Shown here: piece by piece, positions 38,920 through 47,678 of the stretch
Numbering within the stretch: position 1 is the first letter of the stretch
Layout of the letters: every line of letters starts with the position of its first letter
Source of the DNA: Gemmatimonadota bacterium
GTDB taxonomy: Bacteria > Gemmatimonadota > Gemmatimonadetes > Longimicrobiales > Gaopeijiaceae
Assembly: GCA_022826025.1 (NCBI GenBank)
Contig: JAJDVR010000096.1
Coordinates: forward strand, 1,840-65,839
Length of the DNA stretch: 64,000 nt
Direction: 5' to 3'
Position numbers and translations under genes: made by a program
Notes under the pieces: generated by a model
Databases searched by the model: none
What the model was told of the DNA's origin: nothing
Seen by the model: the letters and a program-made list of their open reading frames with translations, nothing else

Positions 38920-39363
38920 ATGAGCCGCTCGCTGAACAAGGTCACCCTCATCGGCAACGTCGGCTCGGATCCCGACATCCGCATGACGCCTTCCGGTACC
39001 AAGGTGGCGAAGTTCTCCGTCGCCACCAACGAGACCTTCAACGACCGCTCGGGGCGCCAGCAGGAGCGCACGCAGTGGCACCGTCTCACCTTCTTCGGAC
39101 GCCTCTCCGACGTCGTCGAGCAGTGGGTGAAGAAAGGAGACCGCCTGTACGTCGAAGGCCGAATCGAGTACTCCCAGACCCAGACCCCGCAGGGGGAGAC
39201 GCGCTACTGGACCGACATCATCGTGCGGGACATGATCATGCTCGGATCGGGAGGCAGGACCCCCGAAATGGGCGACGCGGGGAGCCGTCCGCAGCGATCG
39301 GGCGCGGATGCGGCAAGGCGGGGCCGACCGATGCAGGAGCCCGACGACGATCTGCCCTTCTAG
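38920..39363 (+). CDS. ssb: single-stranded DNA-binding protein
   Basis: LNKVTLIGNVGSDPDIRMTPSGTKVAKFSVATNE..TQWHRLTFFGRL OB fold. Acidic tip DDDLPF. SD AGGGAGG lies 7 nt before ATG 38920. Confidence 0.9.
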   Translation: MSRSLNKVTLIGNVGSDPDIRMTPSGTKVAKFSVATNETFNDRSGRQQERTQWHRLTFFGRLSDVVEQWVKKGDRLYVEGRIEYSQTQTPQGETRYWTDIIVRDMIMLGSGGRTPEMGDAGSRPQRSGADAARRGRPMQEPDDDLPF

Positions 39364-39384
39364 TCGGGAGCGAGCCGCGCGCCG

Positions 39385-39756
39385 TCAGCGCGACGGACGG
39401 TGCCTGCCTTCCTCCGACCGCCACAGATCGAGCAGCACGGCATCGAAGTGCTCGGGGTTGTCCCTGTACTGCTCGACCCAGTCCTCGAAGGAAGGCAGCC
39501 CTTCCTCCGCGTAAATCCTGGTCGTGGCCAGGCGAACCATCTCGTCGTAGGAGAGTTCCCCGGGTTCTCCGGAGTCCCGGACCAGATCCTTGACGAAGAC
39601 GAACATCTCGTCGGGCGACATGCGCTGAATGGTCCGGAATACGCGCGCGGAACAGTAGTCACGATGCTTCGCGCGCAAGACGGCGAGCGACGCGTGGTCC
39701 CGCGAGTTCTGTGAGGAGTGGGCCCCGGTGCCGCCCGGCCCATCAGTACCAGCCAC
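39385..39756 (-). CDS. hypothetical acidic protein (123 aa)
   Basis: GTG 39756 is preceded by a strong SD (ACAGGAGGAGAC-GTG). Protein-like composition in the C-terminal 80 aa (MFVFVKDLVRDSGEPGELSYDEMVRLATTRIYAEEGLPSFEDWVEQY). No family recognised. Confidence 0.5.
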   Translation of the reverse strand: MAGTDGPGGTGAHSSQNSRDHASLAVLRAKHRDYCSARVFRTIQRMSPDEMFVFVKDLVRDSGEPGELSYDEMVRLATTRIYAEEGLPSFEDWVEQYRDNPEHFDAVLLDLWRSEEGRHRPSR

Positions 39757-40007
39757 GTCTCCTCCTGTATTGTCTGAACTGAAAGGTCTCGAGCAGAGAT
39801 CTCTTTCAGGCGGGTATATTCTACTGGAACCCGCTCAACAATGCCATGCCGGATACAGGCAACGGGCTTGTCCATTGGCACCGCGGAGTTCGCAGGCGCG
39901 CGCACGCCTGCGCGGAGGGACGGGAGAGCGAACCGGACCGCCGCGGCGAGGAACCCGCGGGAACCTGAGGATGATCCGTTGTGAGGAGGAATCCGGCGGG
40001 CTCGCGT

Positions 40008-40202
40008 CTAACGGGCTTCGCCGGTGCAGGCGGTGAGAGACTCTTCGTGCTCCTTCAGGTGCTCGTAGATGCTGCGGCGGGTAAGTCCCCCGATGAGGAC
40101 CCGGCTGAGAAACTCCGGGTCTGATTCCTGAACTGCTTCGGCCTTCCTGGCGACGTCGCGCGGCAGACGAACGCTGAGGTTCACGGATCGGGTTTCCCAC
40201 AT
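40008..40202 (-). CDS. small ribbon-helix-helix-like (CopG/Arc-type) protein
   Basis: MWETRSVNLSVRLPRDVARKAEAVQ..FLSRVLIGGL fits a strand-helix-helix pattern. An alternative GTG start is at 40235. No adjacent toxin gene. Confidence 0.45.
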   Translation of the reverse strand: MWETRSVNLSVRLPRDVARKAEAVQESDPEFLSRVLIGGLTRRSIYEHLKEHEESLTACTGEAR

Positions 40203-40798
40203 CTTGTCGGCTCGCTCCCCTGGACGATGTGACACGAAGCTGAATCTGATTTCTCTATCCCCCGCGCGGTCCTCAAGACCCCGTGCTGGCGCCGGACCCG
40301 TACTTGCGGATCATCCTTCACGGCACGGATGGTAAGAGGTCGGACTCGGGTGCGCAAGGGCATCGAAACGAGACGAAAGCGAACGCGCGAAAACTCATAA
40401 CCAGTTGTGTATCAATGGTTTACGCGATATGGCGGAAAACGATAATTCACTTGTTCCCAAGGATCGCGAGAACCCCTCCAGGGTAGCTGCATGCTTCCAT
40501 AAGTTGCTGCCTACGCTCGTTTTCCACCGACGCAACCGTGACGTTTCGGACATGCTTCCGATACATATGTTTTATGAAAAATCGACTCTGCACTCCTCAA
40601 TGCCCGGAGGCAGCAAATGTGGCCCCTGACCTCGCCAGCCGACCGCGCGAACCGGGCAGATCGCCTGCCCCGCGGTCCGGGACGAAAGCGAACAGGGATT
40701 CCGGGAAGACCGGGAATCGACTAGATTGCCTGCCCGGACCCGAGGGCGTCGCCCGCGGTGTCTCAGCGCAGCAGGCTGCAACGAAAGGAAGGCTCTGT

Positions 40799-40999
40799 TT
40801 GGAAGTCGTGATTCAGGAAGGCGAGAATCTGGAGCGGGCGCTCCGACGCTTCAAGCGCAAGGTACAGCGATCCGGGCTCTACTCGGAGCTGCGCAAACGG
40901 CGCTTCTACGAGAAGCCGAGCGCGCAACGCAAGCGGAAGAGGGAAGCCGCGATCCGCCGCGAACGGCGGCGTCAGAGGCGGACCTCGTCTCGCCGCTGA
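40799..40999 (+). CDS. rpsU: 30S ribosomal protein S21
   Basis: (M)[46 protein letters not shown] is a clear bS21 signature. TTG start 40799 is preceded by AAAGGAAGG. The longer ORF-track start at 40538 is rejected. Confidence 0.8.
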   Translation: MEVVIQEGENLERALRRFKRKVQRSGLYSELRKRRFYEKPSAQRKRKREAAIRRERRRQRRTSSRR

Positions 41000-41056
41000 G
41001 GCGCACCGACCAGAGCCCCGACCTCGCCCGGGTACGGGCACCCGCAGTTCAATCAG

Positions 41057-41935
41057 CTACAGCGGCAGTGGACGTGGTGGTTTCGCGCTCCAGTCGTAGA
41101 ATCCCTTCCCCGTCTTGCGCCCGAACCTGCCCAGCGCTACAAGGCGCTTGAGAAGCGGCGGGGGGGCGTATCTCGCTTCGCGGTATTCCTCGAACATGAT
41201 TTCCGCGATGCGGTACGTCGTGTCGACACCAACGAAGTCGCATAGCAGGAACGGACCCATCGGGTAGCCGGTTCCCAGCATCATGCCCTTGTCGATGTCC
41301 TCGACCGAGGCCACGCCCCGCTCCAGTTGTCGAATGGAGTCCAACATGTAGGGCACGAGCAGCAGATTGACGACGAAGCCCGAGTTGTCCTTCGCCTTGA
41401 TCGGCTCCTTGCCCAGGTCGCGCGCGAACCGGTAGGCGGCGTCGAAGACGTCCTCGTCGGTGGCGATGGTGCGGACCACTTCCACGAGCTTCATCACCGG
41501 CACCGGATTGAAGAAGTGGAGCCCGACCACGCGGTCGGGGCGGCTTGTGGCGGCGGCGATTTCGGTGATGGTGAGGGAACTGGTGTTGGAGGCGAAGATG
41601 GCTTCGGGACCTGTGAGCCGGTCCAGAGCGCCCATCAACTCCGACTTGATCGCCAGGTCCTCCACGATCGCCTCGATCACAAGGTCCCTGTCGGCCATGT
41701 CCGTGAGTGATGTCGTAAAGGACAATCGGGCCCAGGCCTCGTCACGCGCTTCCGGGGACAGCTTTTCCTTCTCCACCGCGCGGCCCATCGACTTGACGAT
41801 CCGGCTCCTGCCGGCTTCGAGCGCGTTTTCGTCGACCTCGCTCACGACGACATCGAATCCGGCCCTGGCCGCAACCTCGGCGATGCCGCTGCCCATGAGG
41901 CCGCAGCCGGCAACCCCTACCCGTTGGATGTTCAC
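41057..41935 (-). CDS. hbd: 3-hydroxyacyl/3-hydroxybutyryl-CoA dehydrogenase
   Basis: GTG 41935 is preceded by GAGGAGGA. VGVAGCGLMGSGIAEV Rossmann motif, plus HFFNPVPVMKLVEV, GFVVNLLLVPY and GYPMGPF. Confidence 0.85.
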   Translation of the reverse strand: MNIQRVGVAGCGLMGSGIAEVAARAGFDVVVSEVDENALEAGRSRIVKSMGRAVEKEKLSPEARDEAWARLSFTTSLTDMADRDLVIEAIVEDLAIKSELMGALDRLTGPEAIFASNTSSLTITEIAAATSRPDRVVGLHFFNPVPVMKLVEVVRTIATDEDVFDAAYRFARDLGKEPIKAKDNSGFVVNLLLVPYMLDSIRQLERGVASVEDIDKGMMLGTGYPMGPFLLCDFVGVDTTYRIAEIMFEEYREARYAPPPLLKRLVALGRFGRKTGKGFYDWSAKPPRPLPL

Positions 41936-41945
41936 GTCTTCCTCC

Positions 41946-43148
41946 TCAGGAGAAGGCTTCCACGACCACGGCCCCCCCCTGGCCGCCGCCAATGCACGCG
42001 GAGCCCAGCCCGTAGCGCGCGCCGCGCCTCCGCAGCTCGTGAAGCAGGTGGATGGTGATGCGGGTCCCGGAGGCCGCCAGGGGATGAGTGATGGCGATGG
42101 CGCCGCCGTTGACATTGGTCCTTTCGGGATCAAGCCCCAGATCGCGCTCGACGGACGCGTACTGTGGTGCGAACGCCTCGTTGACCTCGACCAGCTCCAT
42201 GTCGTCGAGCGCGAGGCCCGCCCTGTCGAGGGCGGCGCGGGCGGCCGGAGCGGGTCCGATGCCCATGATCCTCGGCTCCACGCCCACGAACGCCCACGAC
42301 ACCAGGCGGCCGATGGGAGAGAGCCCCTCGCCGGCGGCCCATTCGGCGTCGGCGATGACGGTGCTGGCCGACCCGTCGCCGATGCCGCTCGCGTTCCCGG
42401 CGGTAACGAACCCGCCCTTGCGGAAGTACGGGCGCAACCGGGCCAGCCCCTCCAGGGAGACGTCCGGGCGGATGTGCTCGTCGGCGGCGAACTCCTTCTC
42501 GCCCTTGCGGGTGCGGATGGTGATGGGGACGACCTCGTCGGCGAAGCGGCCTTCCTCCCAGGCCGCCCGGGCGCGCACATGGCTGCGATGCGCCACTTCG
42601 TCGGAGTATTCACGGGTCACCCCGTACCGGTCTCCGAGCTCTTCGGCGGTCTGCGCCATGGTCAGGCCGCAACTGGTGTCTTCGAGGGCGGTCCAGAGCG
42701 AATCCTCGAAGTAACGGCCGGGATCCCCCAGGCGCAGGCTTCCCCAGCGCGCTCCGCGCACCACATGGGGCGCCTGGCTCATCGATTCGGTCCCGCCGCA
42801 GAGAGCCGCCCGGGCCCCGCCGTGGAGGATCTCGTGGGCCCCGCTGGCGATCGCCTGGAAGCCCGAGCCGCACAGCCGATTGACGGTCAGGGCGGGAACG
42901 CGGTCGGGGGTGCCCACCCCCAGCCCGACGTGGCGGGCGAGGTAGATGGCGTCGCCCGAGGTCTGGAGCGCGTTCCCGTAGACGACATGGTCGAGCTGAT
43001 CGGCCGTGAGGCCGGCGGCTTCCACGGCGGCCCTGCCCGACACGACGCCCAGTTCGGTGGCCGACAGGTGCTTGAGCGATCCGCCGAACGCTCCGAACCC
43101 GGTGCGCTTTCCGGAAAGGAATACGATTTCTCTTGCGCTTCCGGTCAT
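41946..43148 (-). CDS. acetyl-CoA C-acetyltransferase (thiolase II)
   Basis: VNRLCGSGFQAI contains the active-site Cys. C-terminal NVNGGAIAITHPLAASG and GLGSACIGGGQG motifs. ATG 43148 (MTGSAREIVF). Confidence 0.9.
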   Translation of the reverse strand: MTGSAREIVFLSGKRTGFGAFGGSLKHLSATELGVVSGRAAVEAAGLTADQLDHVVYGNALQTSGDAIYLARHVGLGVGTPDRVPALTVNRLCGSGFQAIASGAHEILHGGARAALCGGTESMSQAPHVVRGARWGSLRLGDPGRYFEDSLWTALEDTSCGLTMAQTAEELGDRYGVTREYSDEVAHRSHVRARAAWEEGRFADEVVPITIRTRKGEKEFAADEHIRPDVSLEGLARLRPYFRKGGFVTAGNASGIGDGSASTVIADAEWAAGEGLSPIGRLVSWAFVGVEPRIMGIGPAPAARAALDRAGLALDDMELVEVNEAFAPQYASVERDLGLDPERTNVNGGAIAITHPLAASGTRITIHLLHELRRRGARYGLGSACIGGGQGGAVVVEAFS

Positions 43149-43239
43149 GTGCTGCTCTCTCGATCGGTCATGTGCAGTCCCCACTGGTGTCTGATTGAGG
43201 TGGCGCCCGGGGCGGCGGGATGTCGGCCGCGTGCGTGCC

Positions 43240-44328
43240 CTATGGCCCGCTCAGCCGGTCGCATATGGCTCCCCCGGCCGCCGCGGTCGTGAGCGCGCCA
43301 CCGAGATCCGGTGTGACCTGGCCGGCGGCGAGGGCGAGCCGGACGGCACGGTCGATGTCCTCGGCGACCGCGTCGTGGCCCAGGTAGCGGGCCATGAGGG
43401 CCGCCGACCGGACAGCGGCGATCGGGTTGGCCCGTCCGGTGCCGGCGATGTCGGGAGCCGAGCCGTGAACGGGCTCGAACAAGGCATGACGCCCGGGGTG
43501 CAGTGTCCCCGACGGGGCCAGACCGAGCCCCCCGGTAACCTCCGCGGCCAGGTCGCTGATGATGTCTCCGAACAGGTTTGAGGTGACCAGCACGGAATAG
43601 CGTCCCGGGCGGCGCACCAGATCCATGGCCATGGCGTCCACCAGCATGACATCGCTTTCGATCTCGCCGTACCCGGCGCGCACGTCGTCGTAGGTCCGGC
43701 GCCAGAGGGCGCCCGCGGCGGGGAGGGCGTTGGCCTTGTCGACCATCGTCACCCGACGGCTCCCCTCGGCGCGCGCGTATTCGAAGGCGGCCCGCACCAG
43801 GCGCTCCACCCCCTTGCGGGTATTCACATCCTCCTGGATCGCGATCTCATCGGGAGTGCCCTTCTTGAAATGCCCGCCCATGTTCACGTAGGCGCCTTCC
43901 GTACTCTCGCGGAAGATGTCGATGTGGATCCCGCCGGCGGGAACCTCGCTCAGCGGGCAGTAACGGGGATCGAGCAGCTCGCACGGCCGGAAATTGACGT
44001 ACAGGTCGAGGCGAAACCGGAGTCCCAGGAGGATGTCGCGGATGTGGCTGTTGTCGGGCACCCGGGGATCTCCCAGCGCGCCCAGGAAAATGGCGTCGTA
44101 GTTGTCCGCGAGGCGGCGGATCTCGTCGTCGGTGACGGTCACGCCGTCGCGCAGGTAGCGCTCGGCTCCCAGGTCCCACTCGACGAAGTCGACCGCGGCG
44201 CCGTGCAGATCGGCCGCTGCCCTGAAACAGCGTACCGCCTCCCGGGTGACGTCAACCCCGATGCCGTCTCCGGGAATGACCGCGACCCGCGCCATCGTGT
44301 GGTCCGAGGCGGTCGTCGAAGGCGTCAT
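43240..44328 (-). CDS. isocitrate/isopropylmalate dehydrogenase-family enzyme (tartrate dehydrogenase / 3-IPM dehydrogenase-like)
   Basis: VAVIPGDGIGVDV, RESTEGAY and NLFGDIISDLAAEVTGGLGLAPS motifs. ATG 44328 overlaps the upstream stop (ATGA). Substrate is not assignable by eye. Confidence 0.8.
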   Translation of the reverse strand: MTPSTTASDHTMARVAVIPGDGIGVDVTREAVRCFRAAADLHGAAVDFVEWDLGAERYLRDGVTVTDDEIRRLADNYDAIFLGALGDPRVPDNSHIRDILLGLRFRLDLYVNFRPCELLDPRYCPLSEVPAGGIHIDIFRESTEGAYVNMGGHFKKGTPDEIAIQEDVNTRKGVERLVRAAFEYARAEGSRRVTMVDKANALPAAGALWRRTYDDVRAGYGEIESDVMLVDAMAMDLVRRPGRYSVLVTSNLFGDIISDLAAEVTGGLGLAPSGTLHPGRHALFEPVHGSAPDIAGTGRANPIAAVRSAALMARYLGHDAVAEDIDRAVRLALAAGQVTPDLGGALTTAAAGGAICDRLSGP

Positions 44329-45443
44329 TCGGCCGGAGCGGGACCATCGTCGACGCGCTGCACGAGCCCGGCCCGGATCGCCGCGGTCAGGAAGCTCTCC
44401 GGATGCACGATCGGGATTTCCAGGCCGAACTGCTCCCGCCAGCGCTCGGACAACCGCCGCATGTAGTGGGAAACGGTCTCGTGCGAGAATCCGGCGTCGT
44501 CACGCATCTGGCGCACGATCTCGTGCCAGGTCCCGCGGAACGGCCGGCCTGCGCGGGTCCGGAGGAGGTGCGTTTCGCGATCTTCGAGCGGCGCGTTCTC
44601 GAACAGCTCCAGCTGCTGGTGGTCGGTTGCGGTCTCAACGATGCCCGATGCCTGCGCTTCCACTTCGGCCAGCAGGCGGTCGAGCGGATCCGACAGGCTC
44701 TCCAGTTCCCGCAGCCGGGCCTGCCAGGGCTCCATGCGCGCGTCGTCGACCGGGATGCCCCTCAGAGAGGCGTTCAACTCGATCACCCGCCATACCGCCC
44801 GCGAGTCCCAGTGCTCGGAGGGGGGCACCTGTTCGAACTCGCGCATCGCTCCTTCGCGGTCGGCGCGGTCATACAGGACATGACCCAGGAAGACGCGGGC
44901 CTCATGCAGTTCCGGGGCGAGCCGCAGCGCGCGCCGGATGTGGCGGGTGGCTTCGAGTTCGTTTCCGGTGCGCTGGAGCGCGTATCCGAGCGCCGCGACC
45001 GCCTCGGCCGAGTCCGGCCTCGACGCCACCAGCCTGGCAAACGCATCGCGCGCCTCGACGTACAGACCCGCACCGTACAGAGCTCGCCCCATCGTGAGCA
45101 TGAGGTCCACGTCCGTGTCGTAGCCGAGCGCTTCCACCTTTTCGAAGAGCCTGAGTGCACTCTCCTTCCTCCCGAACCAGAGGAGCAGCTCTCCCATTCC
45201 CACCAGGGCGTCCTCGTGATCGGGATCCAGAATGAGCGCATGCTGGAAGCTCTCGCGGGCCCACGCATATTCCTCGCGAGCGAGCCGCGCGTATCCCATG
45301 CCGACGTACAGTTCCACGGCATTGGGATATAAGGAAAGGCCCTCCTTTAACATCTCGAGGGCCCCCTGGTAGTCGCCTTCATCGTAGAGCTTGTATGCTT
45401 CCTCATCGTATTCTTCAGAGCTCAGGAACCGCTCTTTCATCAT
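44325..45443 (-). CDS. TPR-repeat protein with an uncharacterised C-terminal domain
   Basis: About 6 TPR units (YKLYDEGDYQGALEMLKEGLSLYPN..). GGGAGG lies upstream of the ATG cluster at 45449/45443/45440. Confidence 0.7.
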   Translation of the reverse strand: MMKERFLSSEEYDEEAYKLYDEGDYQGALEMLKEGLSLYPNAVELYVGMGYARLAREEYAWARESFQHALILDPDHEDALVGMGELLLWFGRKESALRLFEKVEALGYDTDVDLMLTMGRALYGAGLYVEARDAFARLVASRPDSAEAVAALGYALQRTGNELEATRHIRRALRLAPELHEARVFLGHVLYDRADREGAMREFEQVPPSEHWDSRAVWRVIELNASLRGIPVDDARMEPWQARLRELESLSDPLDRLLAEVEAQASGIVETATDHQQLELFENAPLEDRETHLLRTRAGRPFRGTWHEIVRQMRDDAGFSHETVSHYMRRLSERWREQFGLEIPIVHPESFLTAAIRAGLVQRVDDGPAPAE

Positions 45444-45674
45444 CCGCATCCTCCCGATGGAGATGTGGGGCGCTGCCAGGGTGCCCGCAGGATGGCCGGC
45501 CCGGACGAGGGTCTCGCAGGCGCGAGCGCGCCCAAATCTAACCTGGGGCCCATACGGCAACCAGACTCCGGGCGTGTCCGACGGAGCGGCGCGCGGCAGA
45601 ATTGTGCGGGTTGAATGAGAGCCGGCACAGATTTGCGCCGGTGTACCGGGCTGCGGTATTCTCGGGCGCCCGGA

Positions 45675-45962
45675 CTACTCCTGGCCGGTGGGAGCGGCTG
45701 AGTTGCCGCCAGTGGTGATTGTGGCGGCGCCGCGGGCTATGGCGGGCTGGCAGAAGCGCATGCCGACGGCATGCAGAAAGCGTAGCTCGTGCGCCGCGAG
45801 AGTCGGATAGCGTTCCCCGAGATAGTCGATGGTATCGTTCATCCACTCGGTCTGGTCGCCCTCGCTGGCGTCGACCACGCCACACCGGTTGATGTGACTG
45901 AACAGTTCATCCCTGGCTCGATCCAGGAGCTTCGAATCCGACAATTTCACCTCCTTTGCCAT
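45675..45962 (-). CDS. hypothetical small protein
   Basis: Protein-like composition (LLDRARDELFSHINRCGVVDASEGDQTEWMNDTIDYLGERYPTL). The start is uncertain: ATG 45962, or an in-frame TTG 45944 preceded by AAGGAGG. Confidence 0.45.
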   Translation of the reverse strand: MAKEVKLSDSKLLDRARDELFSHINRCGVVDASEGDQTEWMNDTIDYLGERYPTLAAHELRFLHAVGMRFCQPAIARGAATITTGGNSAAPTGQE

Positions 45963-47673
45963 GCATGACGACATCGCCGACGACCCGAAAGCCGGCGGAA
46001 AAGCCCAGCAAGGTTACGCTGTGACCGCGAGCGGTGCAAATCCGGGCGGCATCTCCGGCGTTCGCCCGGACGCGGTGACGCTCGAGATTTTCCGGCAGCT
46101 GTTCGCCGCCCTCGCGGAGGAGATGGGGGCCGCGCTGCGCCGTTCCTCCTTCTCTCCCAACATCAAGGAGCGGCGCGACTACTCGTGTGCGCTCTTCACG
46201 CCGGACGGCATCGCGGTAGCGCTCGGAGACCACATGCCGGTCCACCTCGGCGCCATGCCGATGAGCGTGGAGGCGGCCCTTGCGGAGCTGGGCACCCTCG
46301 AGGACGGCGACATCGCCTGCCTGAACGATCCCTTCAGGGGCGGGACCCATCTCCCCGACATCACCCTCATTGCGCCCGTGTATTCGCAGCCCGACGGCGT
46401 GCTGCTGGGCTACGTCGCGTCGCGCGCGCACCACTCCGATGTGGGCGGGATGACGCCGGGGTCGATGCCTCTGGCCCGGGAAATCTACCAGGAGGGGCTG
46501 CGCATCCCGCCCGTGCGGCTCTTCGTGCGCGGGAAGCGGCGGCAGGGGCTGTGGGACACCATCCTGGCCAACGTGCGCACCCCGGTCGAGCGCGCGGGCG
46601 ACCTGCAGGCTCAGATCGCGGCGCTCTACACCGGACAGGTGCGGCTGCTCGACCTGGTGGAGCGGCGGGGCAGCGGGGCGGTGCTGGGCGCCATGTACGA
46701 GCTCGTCGCCTACGCCGACCGCCTCCTTCTCACCGGCATCCGGCGCATGCCCGCGGGGCGCTTCGAGGCGGAAGACTTCATGGACGACGACGGGTTCGGA
46801 CACGGGCCCGTGCCCATCCGGGTGGCGATCGATGTGTCGCGCGACGGGCTGGTGATCGACTTCGCGGGCACCTCCCCCCAGACCGAGGGCGGGATCAATG
46901 CGGTCGCGGCCATCACCTCCTCCGCGGTGCGCTACGTGGTGCGCTGCGTGGTGCAGGGGCTGCTGGGCGAGGAGCTGCCCGCGGGGGGCGGGTCGATGAC
47001 CTGCGTGGAGCAGCGCCTTCCGCCGGGCTCGCTGGTCAACGCGCGCCTGCCGGCCAGCGTCGCCGCGGGCAACGTGGAGGCCAGCCAGCGAATCACGGAT
47101 ACACTGCTGCGCGCCTTCGGGGAGGCGCTGCCGGATCTCGTGCCCGCGCTAAGCCAGGGGACCATGAACAACACCACCATGGGCGGCACCGACCATCGCG
47201 GCGAGAGCTTCGCGTACTACGAGACGGTGGGGGGCGGGATGGGCGCCGGTCCGGGCCGTCCCGGGCTCTCCGGGGTGCACTGCCACATGTCCAACTCGCT
47301 CAACACGCCCGTGGAGGCGCTGGAGCACGCCTATCCCTTCCGGGTGACGCGCTATTCGCTCCGGCGCGGCAGCGGGGGACGCGGGCGGCACCGCGGGGGA
47401 GACGGCCTGCGCCGGGACATCATGATGCTCGTGGACGGTGGCTCCACGCTCCTGTGCGAACGGCGCACGCGCGGTCCGGCGGGGGCGCGGGGCGGGGAGG
47501 ACGGGGCGCCCGGGGTCAACACGCTGATTTCCGGGGGCGAGGAGCGGATCCTGCCGGGCAAGCTCTCGTTCGAGGTGAAGGCCGGGGACATCATCAGCGT
47601 CCAGTCGCCCGGGGGCGGTGGCTGGGGACCTCCCGGCGACGCCGCCGATCGATCGGCCGGCACCGGAGCGTAG
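45961..47673 (+). CDS. hydantoinase B/oxoprolinase-family protein
   Basis: VTLEIFRQLFAALAEEMG, SPNIKERRDYSCALF, HLGAMP and NDPFRGGTHLPDITLIAPV are HyuB hallmarks. The start is uncertain (ATG 45961 or GTG 46021). Confidence 0.8.
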   Translation: MHDDIADDPKAGGKAQQGYAVTASGANPGGISGVRPDAVTLEIFRQLFAALAEEMGAALRRSSFSPNIKERRDYSCALFTPDGIAVALGDHMPVHLGAMPMSVEAALAELGTLEDGDIACLNDPFRGGTHLPDITLIAPVYSQPDGVLLGYVASRAHHSDVGGMTPGSMPLAREIYQEGLRIPPVRLFVRGKRRQGLWDTILANVRTPVERAGDLQAQIAALYTGQVRLLDLVERRGSGAVLGAMYELVAYADRLLLTGIRRMPAGRFEAEDFMDDDGFGHGPVPIRVAIDVSRDGLVIDFAGTSPQTEGGINAVAAITSSAVRYVVRCVVQGLLGEELPAGGGSMTCVEQRLPPGSLVNARLPASVAAGNVEASQRITDTLLRAFGEALPDLVPALSQGTMNNTTMGGTDHRGESFAYYETVGGGMGAGPGRPGLSGVHCHMSNSLNTPVEALEHAYPFRVTRYSLRRGSGGRGRHRGGDGLRRDIMMLVDGGSTLLCERRTRGPAGARGGEDGAPGVNTLISGGEERILPGKLSFEVKAGDIISVQSPGGGGWGPPGDAADRSAGTGA

Positions 47674-47678
47674 GCGGG

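Noticed and set aside
39360-39905. 181-aa ORF overlapping the 123-aa gene in another frame
   Set aside because: Its C-terminal two-thirds are Ser/Thr/Arg/Pro-rich shadow sequence. The competing frame (39385..39756) has a strong SD and a protein-like composition.
40405-40629. 74-aa ORF in the AT-rich region upstream of rpsU (also 40538..40999 as a long form of rpsU)
   Set aside because: It has no SD, an odd composition and no motif. The S21 signature begins only at the TTG at 40799, which has its own SD. The region is treated as non-coding in the findings.
41057-42613. 518-aa ORF extending the hbd gene upstream
   Set aside because: The extension overlaps the thiolase gene out of frame. A GTG at 41935 with a GAGGAGGA SD gives a standard 292-aa 3-hydroxyacyl-CoA dehydrogenase.
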